Part shown: positions 1 through 9,452 of the stretch, piece after piece | Layout of the letters: every line of letters starts with the position of its first letter | How positions within the stretch are numbered: the stretch's first letter is position 1 | Sequence record: SRR20825006_2254 | DNA length: 33,587 bases | Direction: 5' to 3' (one strand) | Notes under the pieces: generated by a model | The model's database searches: none | What the model was told of the DNA's origin: nothing | What the model saw: only the letters and a program-made list of their open reading frames with translations | Made by a program: the position numbers and the translations under genes

Positions 1-432
1 CATAAAGCCGGTTGCCATCATCAGCAGATAAATGACCACGCCGAGCATCCAGAGGATTTCACGCGGGGCTTTATATGAGCCGTAATAAAGGCCGCGCGCC
101 ATATGAAGATAAACGGCGATGAAGAAAAACGACGCGCCATTGGCATGCATGTATCGCAGCATCCAGCCGTAATTCACGTCGCGCATGATTTTCTCGACGG
201 ACAGAAATGCCCCTTCTGTCGAGGCCGTATAATGCATCGCCAGCACAATGCCGGTCGCGATCTGCACCAGCAGCATAACCGAAAGCATAGCACCGAATGT
301 GTAGGCGTAGTTCAGGTTGCGCGGAACTGGATAGGTTACGAAGCTGTCATACAGCATTCTTGGTAAAGGCAGGCGTGCATCCACCCATTTCGACACGCCA
401 TTGCCGGGCACATAGCTCGAGTGTCCACTCAT
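1..432 (-). CDS. petB: Cytochrome b of the bc1 complex, N-terminal part (runs off the window)
   Basis: Not in the ORF track because it is truncated. ATG at 432 reads [22 protein letters not shown]...[15 protein letters not shown]...LAMHY...[28 protein letters not shown], a cytochrome b signature with heme His residues. Lies directly downstream of the Rieske gene. Confidence 0.97.
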   Translation of the reverse strand, partial: MSGHSSYVPGNGVSKWVDARLPLPRMLYDSFVTYPVPRNLNYAYTFGAMLSVMLLVQIATGIVLAMHYTASTEGAFLSVEKIMRDVNYGWMLRYMHANGASFFFIAVYLHMARGLYYGSYKAPREILWMLGVVIYLLMMATGFM

Positions 433-449
433 CAGGCAGTTTCTCCCCC

Positions 450-1028
450 TCAACCGATCCGTACGACAGTGTCGGACGTAAATTCAAACAGCGGTATCGC
501 CATATTTTCCGGCGCCGGACCTTTTCGGATGCGGCCCGCTGTATCGTAATGCGAGCCATGACAGGGACAGAACCACCCGCCGAATTCGCCTGCCTGACCG
601 AGCGGAATGCAGCCCAGATGAGTGCAAACGCCAACCATGACCAGCCAGTTTTCCTTGCCCTCCCCGGCGGACCGGTCAATATCGGTGGCCGGTGCGGACG
701 ATGGAAGGTTCTCGTTACGGGCATCCGGATCCTTCAGATCGGAAAGCGGAACCTGCTTTGCCGCCTCGATTTCCTGCTCTGTACGATTGCGGATAAACAC
801 AGGTTTGCCGCGCCATTTCACCGTCAGTGACATGCCCGGCTCAAGGCTGGACACATCGACCTCAACAACTGAGAGCGCCAATGTCGAGGCATCAGGTTGC
901 ATTTGGTCGATAAACGGCCACGCCACGGCAGCCGCGCCAACGGCAGCCGCCACACCAGTGGTCAGATACAGGAAATCACGCCGGGTCGGTTCGGCGGAAA
1001 TATCCGTCGAAACAGTCTCGTCTTGCAC
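450..1028 (-). CDS. petA: Ubiquinol-cytochrome c reductase Rieske iron-sulfur subunit
   Basis: Tat motif TRRDFL; Rieske boxes CTHLGC and [11 protein letters not shown] start at 1028 with GGAGG upstream (the ORF track extends it to 1205). Confidence 0.97.
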   Translation of the reverse strand: MQDETVSTDISAEPTRRDFLYLTTGVAAAVGAAAVAWPFIDQMQPDASTLALSVVEVDVSSLEPGMSLTVKWRGKPVFIRNRTEQEIEAAKQVPLSDLKDPDARNENLPSSAPATDIDRSAGEGKENWLVMVGVCTHLGCIPLGQAGEFGGWFCPCHGSHYDTAGRIRKGPAPENMAIPLFEFTSDTVVRIG

Positions 1029-1201
1029 AGCCAGCCCTCCATCAGCTGATGCCGTTGCCGCTTTGCGCCTCCTCCTTACGCAATGTCCCTCCATTGCGAA
1101 AACGCATCGACAACGTGTTAGTTGTGCCAAAAGTTTTAGGCGTGATCGGAAACGATGTCCAGTGGGTGCCCGATTTCCGTCACGATCAAAGCCTGAGAGT
1201 A

Positions 1202-3091
1202 TCACGCAGGGTCAGAAGTCCACCCCTCCAGCTCCGGCAAAAAGCCGCCTGACTGACGCGCCCAGAGCGCCGCATAAAGGCCGCCCGTATCAAGCAGCTC
1301 CTGATGTGTCCCCTGTTCAACGATCCGGCCCTTGTCCATCACCACAAGCCGGTCAAGCGCGGCAATCGTTGAAAGGCGGTGGGCAATGGCCAGCACGGTC
1401 TTGCCCTCCATCAGCTTCATCAGATTGGCCTGGATCGCGGCCTCAACCTCGGAATCAAGCGCGGATGTCGCTTCGTCCAGTACCAGAATGGGGGCATCTT
1501 TCAGCATCACCCGCGCAATCGCGATTCGCTGCCGCTGGCCGCCGGAAAGCTTCACACCGCGCTCGCCCACATAGGCGTCAAAACCTTTGCGCCCCTTCAT
1601 ATCAGCCAAGTCAGCAATAAAGCTGTCGGCTTCGGCGCGTTCGGTTGCCTCCCAAAGCATATCATCATCAGCATTTTCATTGCCAAAGCGGATATTGTCA
1701 CGAATCGGACGATGCAGAAGACCTGTATCCTGCGTCACCATGCCGATGTGTGCGCGAAGGCTTTCCTGTGTCACATCGGCAACGTTCCTGCCATCGATCA
1801 GAATGCGCCCTGCCTCGACATCGTAAAACCGTAGAAGCAGATTAACGAGCGTTGATTTTCCGGCACCCGAACGCCCGATAATGCCGACCTTCTCACCCGC
1901 TGCGATATCAAGGGTGAGATCGTCAAGAACGCCTTTCTCACCGCCATAGCTGAAGCCGACATTTTCAAAACGGATCGATGGCTCTTTCACCACCAGAGCC
2001 TGGGCACCGGGGTTATCAACCAGGCTGATTGGCCGGGAAATCAGTTCTGCAGAATTCTGGATCGTTCCGATAGCCCGCATAATACCGTTAAGCTGCATCA
2101 TCAGTCGGCCAAGCAGCATCGAAAGCCTGAGCGCCAGTCCGAGCGTAAACGCAACATCGCCCGACGAAATATCACTGGAAAACCACAGATCGACCGAAAG
2201 GGCCGCTATCAGCGTGATCATGATACCGGACAGGAAACTGAGTGAGGCCCTGACACCGGTGATCATTCTGGTAAAGCGCCGCACCGTGGCAATAAGCCGC
2301 TCAAAACCACGGCGCATATAACGATCATTGCCGTCATCGCTGCCAAAAAGCTTCAGCGTCAGAATATTGGAAAAGGAATCAACCATCCGCCCGGACATAA
2401 CCGAGTTGGCTTCGGCGAGATCGCGTGCATTTTCACGAATGCGCGGTACAAAATAGCGTGCCAGCACAGCAAAGACAGCGATCCAGAGCGCAATCAACGC
2501 CGCCAGCCGCCAATCGAGCCGTGCCACCAGTGCCATGGTCGAAATCGCATAGATCGCCATAAACCAGACGACCTGCAGCAGCGACGACATCAGGTCACCA
2601 ATCGACTGTCCCGCTGCCGTGACCTTGGTCACGATCCGACCGGCAAAATCATTCTGGAAAAAATCGAGCGACTGTCGCGCAACATAGCGATAGGACTGCC
2701 AGCGCACCAGATTATTGAAACCCGGCACAATCGTCTGTTCCTCGATCAGCATCTGCAAGGTGGTCAGGCCAACGCGCACAACGATCATGGCAAATGCCAT
2801 ACCAATCAAGGCGCTGCCATGGCTTGCCATCAGCCCCTGCCAGCCGGCATCACGAGGCGTTCCATCGAGAATATCAACCAAAACGCCCATGAACCAGAAA
2901 GAAGCAGTCTCCATCACCGCAACGCCGCCGCCAACGACCAGCATGGCGAAGAACGGCCATTTTGCCTGTTTCAGGAAATACCAGAGAAATGCCCAAAGCT
3001 TCTCAGGCGGGCGCTCGGGCGCACCGCCAGCCAGCGGATCAATCCAGTCTTCAAAGAGTTTGGCGATGCGGCTAAAAATCATGACGATCAC
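1202..3091 (-). CDS. ABC exporter, fused permease/ATPase (multidrug/MsbA-like)
   Basis: N-terminal TM helices; Walker [18 protein letters not shown], Walker [14 protein letters not shown]-loop AHRLST. Start could be 3091 (GTG) or 3082 (ATG). Confidence 0.93.
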   Translation of the reverse strand: MIVMIFSRIAKLFEDWIDPLAGGAPERPPEKLWAFLWYFLKQAKWPFFAMLVVGGGVAVMETASFWFMGVLVDILDGTPRDAGWQGLMASHGSALIGMAFAMIVVRVGLTTLQMLIEEQTIVPGFNNLVRWQSYRYVARQSLDFFQNDFAGRIVTKVTAAGQSIGDLMSSLLQVVWFMAIYAISTMALVARLDWRLAALIALWIAVFAVLARYFVPRIRENARDLAEANSVMSGRMVDSFSNILTLKLFGSDDGNDRYMRRGFERLIATVRRFTRMITGVRASLSFLSGIMITLIAALSVDLWFSSDISSGDVAFTLGLALRLSMLLGRLMMQLNGIMRAIGTIQNSAELISRPISLVDNPGAQALVVKEPSIRFENVGFSYGGEKGVLDDLTLDIAAGEKVGIIGRSGAGKSTLVNLLLRFYDVEAGRILIDGRNVADVTQESLRAHIGMVTQDTGLLHRPIRDNIRFGNENADDDMLWEATERAEADSFIADLADMKGRKGFDAYVGERGVKLSGGQRQRIAIARVMLKDAPILVLDEATSALDSEVEAAIQANLMKLMEGKTVLAIAHRLSTIAALDRLVVMDKGRIVEQGTHQELLDTGGLYAALWARQSGGFLPELEGWTSDPA

Positions 3092-3139
3092 ATACAGGAA
3101 TTCATGATCAGCGGAAATATGCTGTTGTCAATTAAATGC

Positions 3140-3171
3140 AAAAACGGCCCCGGTCATGAAAACCGGGGCCG
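3140..3171 (-). terminator. Intrinsic terminator between the two ABC exporter genes
   Basis: Perfect 10-bp stem CGGCCCCGGT (3145-3154)/ACCGGGGCCG (3162-3171) followed by TTTTT on the minus strand, 10 nt after the upstream stop. Confidence 0.8.
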
Positions 3172-3181
3172 GATCAATGTA

Positions 3182-5038
3182 TTACTCAGCCGCCTGTCCC
3201 TTGGCGGCTCCATCTTCGCCAAGGAACCCACCGGACTGGCGGCGCCAGAGATCAGCATAAATGCCAGCCCCAGCGCTCAGTTCCTGATGCGTCCCCATCT
3301 CGACGATTTCACCCTTATCCAGAACGACGAGGCGGTCCATCTCGGTCAGTGTTGAAAGACGATGGGCAATCGCGATCACCGTCTTGCCTTCCATCAGGCC
3401 AAACAGACTGTCCTGAATAGCGGCCTCAACCTCGGAATCGAGTGCCGATGTGGCTTCATCCAGAATCAGGATCGGTGCGTTTTTCAGGAAAACGCGGGCA
3501 ATCGCAATCCGCTGACGCTGGCCACCGGAGAGCTTCACGCCGCGCTCGCCGACATGGGCATCAAGCCCTTTCCGCCCCTGAAGATCGGACAGGTCCTTGA
3601 TAAAGTGCCACGCATTGGCACGCTTGGCCGCATTGATCACCTCTTCATCCGTGGCATCGGGGTGCGAATAGGCAATGTTGTCCCGGATCGAGCGGTGAAG
3701 CAGCGAGGTATCCTGCGTTACCACACCGATATTTTCGCGCAGGCTGTCCTGCGTCACATCCGACACACTCTGACCATCGATCAGAATCCGTCCACCTTCC
3801 AGGTCATAGAACCGCAGCAACAGGTTCATCATCGTCGTCTTTCCAGCACCGGAACGCCCGACAAGACCGACTTTTTCACCCGGTTTGATGGTCAATGACA
3901 GGTCCTGAATCACACCGTTTTCCTTGCCGTAATGGAAAGCAATATGATCATAGACGATCTCACCTTTGCTCACGGTCAGTTGCGGCGCATTCGGCTTGTC
4001 AACGACCTCATGATGCTTGATCATCATCTCCATGCCGTCATAGACCGTGCCGAGATTCTCAAACAGCGCAGAGACTTCCCACATGATCCACTGCGACATG
4101 CCGCTGATGCGCATGGCAAGGCCAACGGCGGCAGCAACAGCACCCACGGCGACATTGCCATCCAGCCACAACCAGATCCCCATGCCTGCAATACCGAACA
4201 AAGCGACTGAATTGTTCAGGTAAACCAGGATCTGGTATTTCGTAACCTGACGCATCTGCCGGTAGACCGTATCAAGGAAGCCGTCCATGCTTTCTCGGGC
4301 ATAAACCGCTTCACGACCGGCATGTGAAAACAGCTTCACCGTCGAAATATTGGTATAGCTATCGACAATACGTCCACTCATCAGCGATCGTGCATCGGCC
4401 TGCTCTGCCGAAATCCGCCGCAATTTCGGCACGAAGTAGATGGTCAGCCCAATATAGATGACAACCCAGAGAATAAGCGGCATCAACAGCCGCCAGTCGG
4501 CGGCACCAACCACGATGAACATGGTGACAAAGAAGGTTACCACATAGACAAAGACGTCCAGCATTTTCATCACGGTTTCGCGGATCGCCAGAGACGTCTG
4601 CATAACCTTCTGCGACACCCGGCCCGAAAACTCATTGGCGAAAAAGTTCACACCATGGCGAAGCAGATAGCGGTGCATCTGCCAGCGCGCGATCATCGGA
4701 AAGTTTCCAAGCAGCCCCTGATGCATGATCAGAGCATCGAGCGCGACGATAGCCGGCAATGCTATCAGGACCAGAAAGCCCATGGCAAAGAGCTTCCAGC
4801 CCTCATCGGCCAGAAAAGTTGCCCGGTCGGCTGAAGACAGCCAGTCAACGACATTCCCGAGAAACTGGAAGAGGATAACCTCGCCAATTGCAATGAGGGC
4901 AGAACCGGCAGCCATAGCCAGAAGCCAGGGTGCAGCAGGCTTAGAGTAATGCCATAAAAAGGGCAGAAGTCCCTTCGGCGGCGCGGTGGGTTGCGCGTCG
5001 GGATAGGGGTTTAGGCGCTGTTCGAACCAGCTAAACAT
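3182..5038 (-). CDS. ABC exporter, fused permease/ATPase (paralog of 1202..3091)
   Basis: [38 protein letters not shown] at 5038 with TGGAG RBS. Confidence 0.93.
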   Translation of the reverse strand: MFSWFEQRLNPYPDAQPTAPPKGLLPFLWHYSKPAAPWLLAMAAGSALIAIGEVILFQFLGNVVDWLSSADRATFLADEGWKLFAMGFLVLIALPAIVALDALIMHQGLLGNFPMIARWQMHRYLLRHGVNFFANEFSGRVSQKVMQTSLAIRETVMKMLDVFVYVVTFFVTMFIVVGAADWRLLMPLILWVVIYIGLTIYFVPKLRRISAEQADARSLMSGRIVDSYTNISTVKLFSHAGREAVYARESMDGFLDTVYRQMRQVTKYQILVYLNNSVALFGIAGMGIWLWLDGNVAVGAVAAAVGLAMRISGMSQWIMWEVSALFENLGTVYDGMEMMIKHHEVVDKPNAPQLTVSKGEIVYDHIAFHYGKENGVIQDLSLTIKPGEKVGLVGRSGAGKTTMMNLLLRFYDLEGGRILIDGQSVSDVTQDSLRENIGVVTQDTSLLHRSIRDNIAYSHPDATDEEVINAAKRANAWHFIKDLSDLQGRKGLDAHVGERGVKLSGGQRQRIAIARVFLKNAPILILDEATSALDSEVEAAIQDSLFGLMEGKTVIAIAHRLSTLTEMDRLVVLDKGEIVEMGTHQELSAGAGIYADLWRRQSGGFLGEDGAAKGQAAE

Positions 5039-5066
5039 GAGCAGACTCCAGATCGTCCCGAAGGTC

Positions 5067-5098
5067 AAAAACAGTTGCAGCCGAGTTCATTGGCTACA
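5067..5098 (-). terminator. Possible attenuator hairpin in the exporter leader
   Basis: Minus strand TGTAGCC-AATGAACTC-GGCTGCA followed by ACTGTTTTT, about 30 nt upstream of the exporter start. Confidence 0.4.
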
Positions 5099-5187
5099 GA
5101 GGCCCTGCAAGGGACATAAAGCGGCGTATAGGAACCGCGATGTAGTTACGAAGGGGTAATGTGAAAAGAAGAAAGTAGTGTGAAAGT

Positions 5188-5244
5188 TCACACAAGCCGA
5201 TATGGCGGGACGCGAAGCATCGCTGTGGTGCTGATATCGATCAT
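5188..5244 (-). CDS. Putative leader peptide MIDISTTAMLRVPPYRLV (18 aa)
   Basis: GAAAGGAGG (5260-5252) lies 7 nt before the ATG at 5244; TGA at 5190-5188 sits inside the GTGTGAA/TTCACAC hairpin followed by a U-rich tract. Confidence 0.65.
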   Translation of the reverse strand: MIDISTTAMLRVPPYRLV

Positions 5245-5283
5245 GCAGATGCCTCCTTTCGTCCAAGAGAAAACTCAGTGCGG

Positions 5284-5312
5284 GTTATAGATCACCATTT
5301 TCCATTTGACCA
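5284..5312 (-). promoter_or_regulatory. Candidate sigma70 promoter for leader peptide plus exporter
   Basis: Minus strand TGGTCA-N17-TATAAC just upstream of the leader RBS. Confidence 0.45.
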
Positions 5313-5469
5313 GTCGCCAACGACCTCATCCTGACTTGTTTCGCCAGATTGTGTCACCCGAGAGCAACAGTTCATATTGCATCTAAAATACGCAAGCTGA
5401 GACAGAACCACCTCTGCGGCATCAACGCTTGATGCCTGGCACGCACCTGAAACGACCGGCAGCCATCAA

Positions 5470-5513
5470 CTTTCACAGAACCGAAAAATCACTGCAATGG
5501 AACTGTCACAGAA
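5470..5513 (+). promoter_or_regulatory. Pho-box-like array of 11-bp direct repeats
   Basis: CTTTCACAGAA (5470), CCGAAAAATCA (5481), CTGCAATGGAA (5492), CTGTCACAGAA (5503) in exact 11-bp phase. Resembles the PhoB consensus CTGTCAT-N4; the second unit is poor. Confidence 0.6.
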
Positions 5514-5537
5514 GCAGTGCATTGGTAGCGCCAGAAA

Positions 5538-5553
5538 TTGCACAGCTGTGCAA
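5538..5553. promoter_or_regulatory. Candidate LacI-family operator
   Basis: Perfect 16-bp palindrome TTGCACAGCTGTGCAA upstream of an operon that ends in a LacI gene. Confidence 0.65.
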
Positions 5554-5619
5554 AATGAGAGCTTCCGTTGGATACCCTCTGGATAAGGAGGTATCCGCAG
5601 CCTTGCCGGGATCAGGTTC

Positions 5620-6702
5620 ATGAGTGCCATTGAAATCGAGGCCGTTGATAAGTCATTCGGCAGTTCCGAGGTTTTGCGGGGAATTTCGTTATCAATCCGC
5701 TCGGGCGAATTCGTTGCCGTACTTGGTCCTTCCGGCTGCGGCAAGACCACGCTTTTGCGCGCACTGGCAGGATTTGAACCGGTCAACCGTGGCGCAATCC
5801 GCATCGGAGGCACACTTCTTTCCGGTGAAGGACGGCATGTCCCGCCGGAGGAACGCGGTATCGGCGTTGTCTTTCAAAACTATGCACTCTGGCCGCATAT
5901 GACGGTCGCGGGCAATGTCGGTTACGGACTCAAGGTCAAAGGGCTTGCGCGCCGCGAACGCGAAGCCCTGACCGCGCGCGTTCTGGAAACCGTTGGTCTT
6001 GGCGAAATGGCACACAGACGCCCAGCCGCACTTTCCGGCGGTCAGCGCCAGCGCGTTGCACTTGCCCGCTGCCTTGCCATGGATGCAGGCGTCGTTCTGC
6101 TGGATGAACCGCTTGCCAATCTGGATGTTCACCTGCGCGGTGAACTCGAGGCCGAGTTTGCCCGCTTCCAGAAAAAATCCGGCGCAACGATGTTCTACAT
6201 CACCCATGATCAGGCTGAAGCACTGGCGCTGGCTGACCGTGTGGCTGTGATGCACAAGGGCACAATCACCCAGTTTGCCGCGCCCGAAACCCTCTACAGT
6301 CAACCAGCGAACGAAATGGTCGCCAAATTCATCGGCGACGGGCAGCTCTGCAACATCGAAAACTTCGAGCCACAACACAGCGGTTATGCTTTCGCCACGC
6401 TTTTCGGCCAACCGGTTCAACTGCGCTGTCAGCCCTCTGCCCTACCCCGGCCCTCGGCCCAGGTCGCCTTTCATCCCGGCGATCTGAAACTGGCCGAAAC
6501 CGGAGGCATTGCCGCCACTATCCGCCGAATCACCTATCGCGGCGATATCCTGCGAGTCGAACTTTCCGCAGGCCCGCACGGCCAAACCCTGTTCATGAAC
6601 GTTCCTGCACCGGCTCGCATTGAAGCCGGGCAGCGCGTAGCCGTCACGCTTGCTGACGGCTGGGTTCTCCCGGACCCGCAAACTAAGCAAGTCCCTCTTT
6701 AA
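5620..6702 (+). CDS. ABC importer ATP-binding subunit (FbpC/AfuC/PotA-like)
   Basis: [33 protein letters not shown]-terminal TOBE-like domain. Confidence 0.93.
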   Translation: MSAIEIEAVDKSFGSSEVLRGISLSIRSGEFVAVLGPSGCGKTTLLRALAGFEPVNRGAIRIGGTLLSGEGRHVPPEERGIGVVFQNYALWPHMTVAGNVGYGLKVKGLARREREALTARVLETVGLGEMAHRRPAALSGGQRQRVALARCLAMDAGVVLLDEPLANLDVHLRGELEAEFARFQKKSGATMFYITHDQAEALALADRVAVMHKGTITQFAAPETLYSQPANEMVAKFIGDGQLCNIENFEPQHSGYAFATLFGQPVQLRCQPSALPRPSAQVAFHPGDLKLAETGGIAATIRRITYRGDILRVELSAGPHGQTLFMNVPAPARIEAGQRVAVTLADGWVLPDPQTKQVPL

Positions 6703-6729
6703 TCTGCGAACACCCCAAGGAATGACCCA

Positions 6730-7704
6730 ATGAAACTTTCCATGCTCGCCCTTGCCACCGTCAGCACGCTTGCTTTCTCCACGGCGCACGCTGAAGAAAC
6801 CATCACGCTTTACACAAGCCAGCCGCCAGAACAGGCCCAGCAAACGGTGGATGCGTTCGAAGCTGCCAACCCTGATATCAAAGTAAACTGGACCCGTAAC
6901 GGCACCTCCGCCCTGATGAACGTCATGCGCGCCGAAATCCAGGCCGGCCAGATCCAGCCCGACGTCCTTCTGGTCGCGGATCCGATCAACCTCGGCACGT
7001 TGAAGGCGGACGGTCACCTGATGGCCTATCCGGATGCTCCGGTCGAAAACTATGACAAGGCCACCTACGACAAGGACATGACCTTCTTTGGAACCAAGGC
7101 GATTACCACCGGCATTGCCTACAACACTGAAATCGCCGAACCGGTTGAAAGCTGGAATGACCTCCTGGTGGAAGACAATCGCGGCCAGATTGCTGTTCCG
7201 AGCCCGCTTTATTCCGGTGCTGCGCTGAATCACCTTCATGCCCTGATCAACGACCCGAATATCGGCTGGGCGTTTTACGAAGGCCTGAACGAGCTCGATA
7301 TCGTGCCTGAGGGCGGCAACGGACCGGCCACCAAGGCAGTCGCTTCCGGCATGGCCAAATACGCCATCATCGTTGACGCCAACACGCTGCGCGCCAAGGC
7401 TGACGGTTCGCCGGTCGACTATATCGCGCCGAAGGACGGCGTCTCCTTCATCGGCGAGCCGGTCGCCATCATGAGCACGACCGAGCATGAAGAAGCCGCA
7501 AAGAAATTCGTCGATTTCCTTCTGTCGAAACAAGGTCAGGAGCTGGTTTCCGAGCAGGGTAATATTCCACTCTTGCAAGGTGTTGCCGCACCGGAAGGTT
7601 ATCCCGATCTCTCGTCGATGAAGCTTATCGGCTATGATGTTGACGCAGCTGTCACGAACAATGATCAGGCTCGCGAACAGTTCGCTGATATCTTCGGTCT
7701 CTGA
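6730..7704 (+). CDS. Periplasmic substrate-binding protein, Fe3+/sugar-phosphate/phosphonate (AfuA-like) family
   Basis: Signal peptide ending TAHA-EE; TLYTS, PDV, PSPLYSG, AAKKFVDFLLSKQGQ motifs. Confidence 0.88.
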   Translation: MKLSMLALATVSTLAFSTAHAEETITLYTSQPPEQAQQTVDAFEAANPDIKVNWTRNGTSALMNVMRAEIQAGQIQPDVLLVADPINLGTLKADGHLMAYPDAPVENYDKATYDKDMTFFGTKAITTGIAYNTEIAEPVESWNDLLVEDNRGQIAVPSPLYSGAALNHLHALINDPNIGWAFYEGLNELDIVPEGGNGPATKAVASGMAKYAIIVDANTLRAKADGSPVDYIAPKDGVSFIGEPVAIMSTTEHEEAAKKFVDFLLSKQGQELVSEQGNIPLLQGVAAPEGYPDLSSMKLIGYDVDAAVTNNDQAREQFADIFGL

Positions 7705-7709
7705 TCACG

Positions 7710-9452
7710 ATGTCTGTTTCGACCTCGATACCGGGGGAGCGTCCGTTTCGGGCGCTCTCCACCGTTTCCGAAAGACTCAAACATGAGCACATATTGATGC
7801 TCATGCTGGCGTTGTTCGTTGGCGGCCTGTCAATCCTGCCGCTTGGACGCCTGGTCTACGCCGCACTGGTCACCAACACCGGGTTCGATATCGCACGCAT
7901 TTCCGATGTGCTCGGCGGTCGGCGCGTGCTGGAAGCGACCATCAACACGATCTGGATTTCACTGGCCGCCACCGCGCTTGCCACAGTTGCCGGAACCTTC
8001 GCCGCCCTTCTGGTCGGTGCCAGCGACATGCGCGGGAGAACCGCCTGGGTATTCGGCTTCGTGCTGCCGCTGATGATCCCGCCGCAGGTGATCGCACTTG
8101 CGTGGATTCAGGCGTTTTCACCCGCAAGCCCGGTGATGAACTTTCTCGGCTTTGCGCTTGAACCCGGCATGCGGCATCCGCTCTATTCTTCCGGCGGCAT
8201 TGTTCTTCTGCTCGGCATCTACAATGCACCGCTTGTGTTTCTGGCCGTACGGGCCAATCTGCGCCGCGTTCCCGCCGATCTGGTGGAAGCCGCCCGTGCT
8301 GTCGGTGCTTCGCCATTTCGGGCAACGCTCGGTGTTATTCTGCCGCTGATCCGTGGCGGCATCTTCGCAGGCGCCGCGCTGGCCTTCGTTTCTTCAATCG
8401 GCAATTTCGGCATTCAAGCGATGCTGGGCATTCCCGCCCGCGTCCCGACGCTGATCACTCTGATCTATAGGCGGTTGAATTCGTATGGCCCGTCCGCACT
8501 CAATGATATGGCCCTTCTGGCACTGTTGCTCGCCGTGCTGACAATCGGCGGCATGGCGATTGCGGGCTGGCTGAGCCGCATGGGCGACCAGCGCGTTGAT
8601 GGCGCATCGAAGCCGTTCAAATTCCCGCTGGGGCGTTGGAGACTACCGGTGAATGGCCTTGCCTGGGGCTACCTCATCTTTGCGCTTGCCCTGCCGCTGT
8701 CAGCCCTTGCCGGATCAGCACTTGTGCGCGGCTATGGGCAGCCACTCAACCTTGCGACACTGACATTCGAAAATTTCGCCAATGCGATCTTCCATCATGA
8801 GGGTATTCGAGAAGCCTTTTTCACAAGCCTGTGGCTCACCGGTCTCGCAGTGGCGATTCTCGTGCCGGTTTCCGTCGCACTCGGCTATTTCCTCAGTTGG
8901 CGAAAAGGCATGGCACCTCGCCTGCTCTACCTTTCCTCCCAGCTTGCCTATGCCCTGCCGGGCATCATTATCGGCGTTGCCATGATTCTTTTTTTCCTGC
9001 GTCCGATGCCGCTTTTGGGAACAAGCCTTTACGGGACTGTCTGGGTCATCCTCGCCGCCTATATGTCAAATTTCCTGGCACTGGCCTTGCAGCCGGTTCT
9101 GGGTGGATTTGCGCAGGTCGATCGCTCGCTGGATGAAGCCGCACAGGTCGCCGGAGCCGGAATTTTCCGCAGGCTGAAGGATATCATCCTTCCGGTTCTG
9201 GCACCTGCCGCCGCGGCTTCCGCAATCCTGGTGTTCATGACCGCCATCAATGAAATCCAGACCTCGGTGCTTTTGGTCTCCTCGCGCGCGCAGACCATTG
9301 GCCCGATGATCATCTTCCTTGAGGAAGCCGGTTCATCGACGCTTGCCGCGGCCGTCGGCTGCCTCATGGTTCTGGTGATCCTCACGCTGATGCTTGTCAG
9401 CCTGACCTTCGCTAAACGGCTTCCGCAAGGTGTATTGCCGTGGCACGACTGA
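7710..9452 (+). CDS. ABC permease, duplicated-domain FbpB/AfuB type
   Basis: 580 aa hydrophobic protein with two EAA loops (LVEAARAVGA, LDEAAQVAGA). Confidence 0.92.
   Translation: MSVSTSIPGERPFRALSTVSERLKHEHILMLMLALFVGGLSILPLGRLVYAALVTNTGFDIARISDVLGGRRVLEATINTIWISLAATALATVAGTFAALLVGASDMRGRTAWVFGFVLPLMIPPQVIALAWIQAFSPASPVMNFLGFALEPGMRHPLYSSGGIVLLLGIYNAPLVFLAVRANLRRVPADLVEAARAVGASPFRATLGVILPLIRGGIFAGAALAFVSSIGNFGIQAMLGIPARVPTLITLIYRRLNSYGPSALNDMALLALLLAVLTIGGMAIAGWLSRMGDQRVDGASKPFKFPLGRWRLPVNGLAWGYLIFALALPLSALAGSALVRGYGQPLNLATLTFENFANAIFHHEGIREAFFTSLWLTGLAVAILVPVSVALGYFLSWRKGMAPRLLYLSSQLAYALPGIIIGVAMILFFLRPMPLLGTSLYGTVWVILAAYMSNFLALALQPVLGGFAQVDRSLDEAAQVAGAGIFRRLKDIILPVLAPAAAASAILVFMTAINEIQTSVLLVSSRAQTIGPMIIFLEEAGSSTLAAAVGCLMVLVILTLMLVSLTFAKRLPQGVLPWHD

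Noticed and set aside
1029-1205. 58-59 codon N-terminal extension of petA in the ORF track
   Set aside because: It would displace the Tat signal from the N-terminus; a GTG with a GGAGG RBS at 1028 gives a normal-length Rieske protein.
6442-7578. 378-aa antisense ORF, and similar long shadows at 622..1620, 19036..19956, 25815..26657 and 32077..33243
   Set aside because: Opposite-strand shadows of well-supported genes in GC-rich DNA, with no recognisable motifs.
5620-9452. Ferric iron transporter assignment
   Set aside because: The family fits, but the phosphatase/hydrolase/LacI context and Pho-like repeats argue against it; no evident iron-regulator box was seen.
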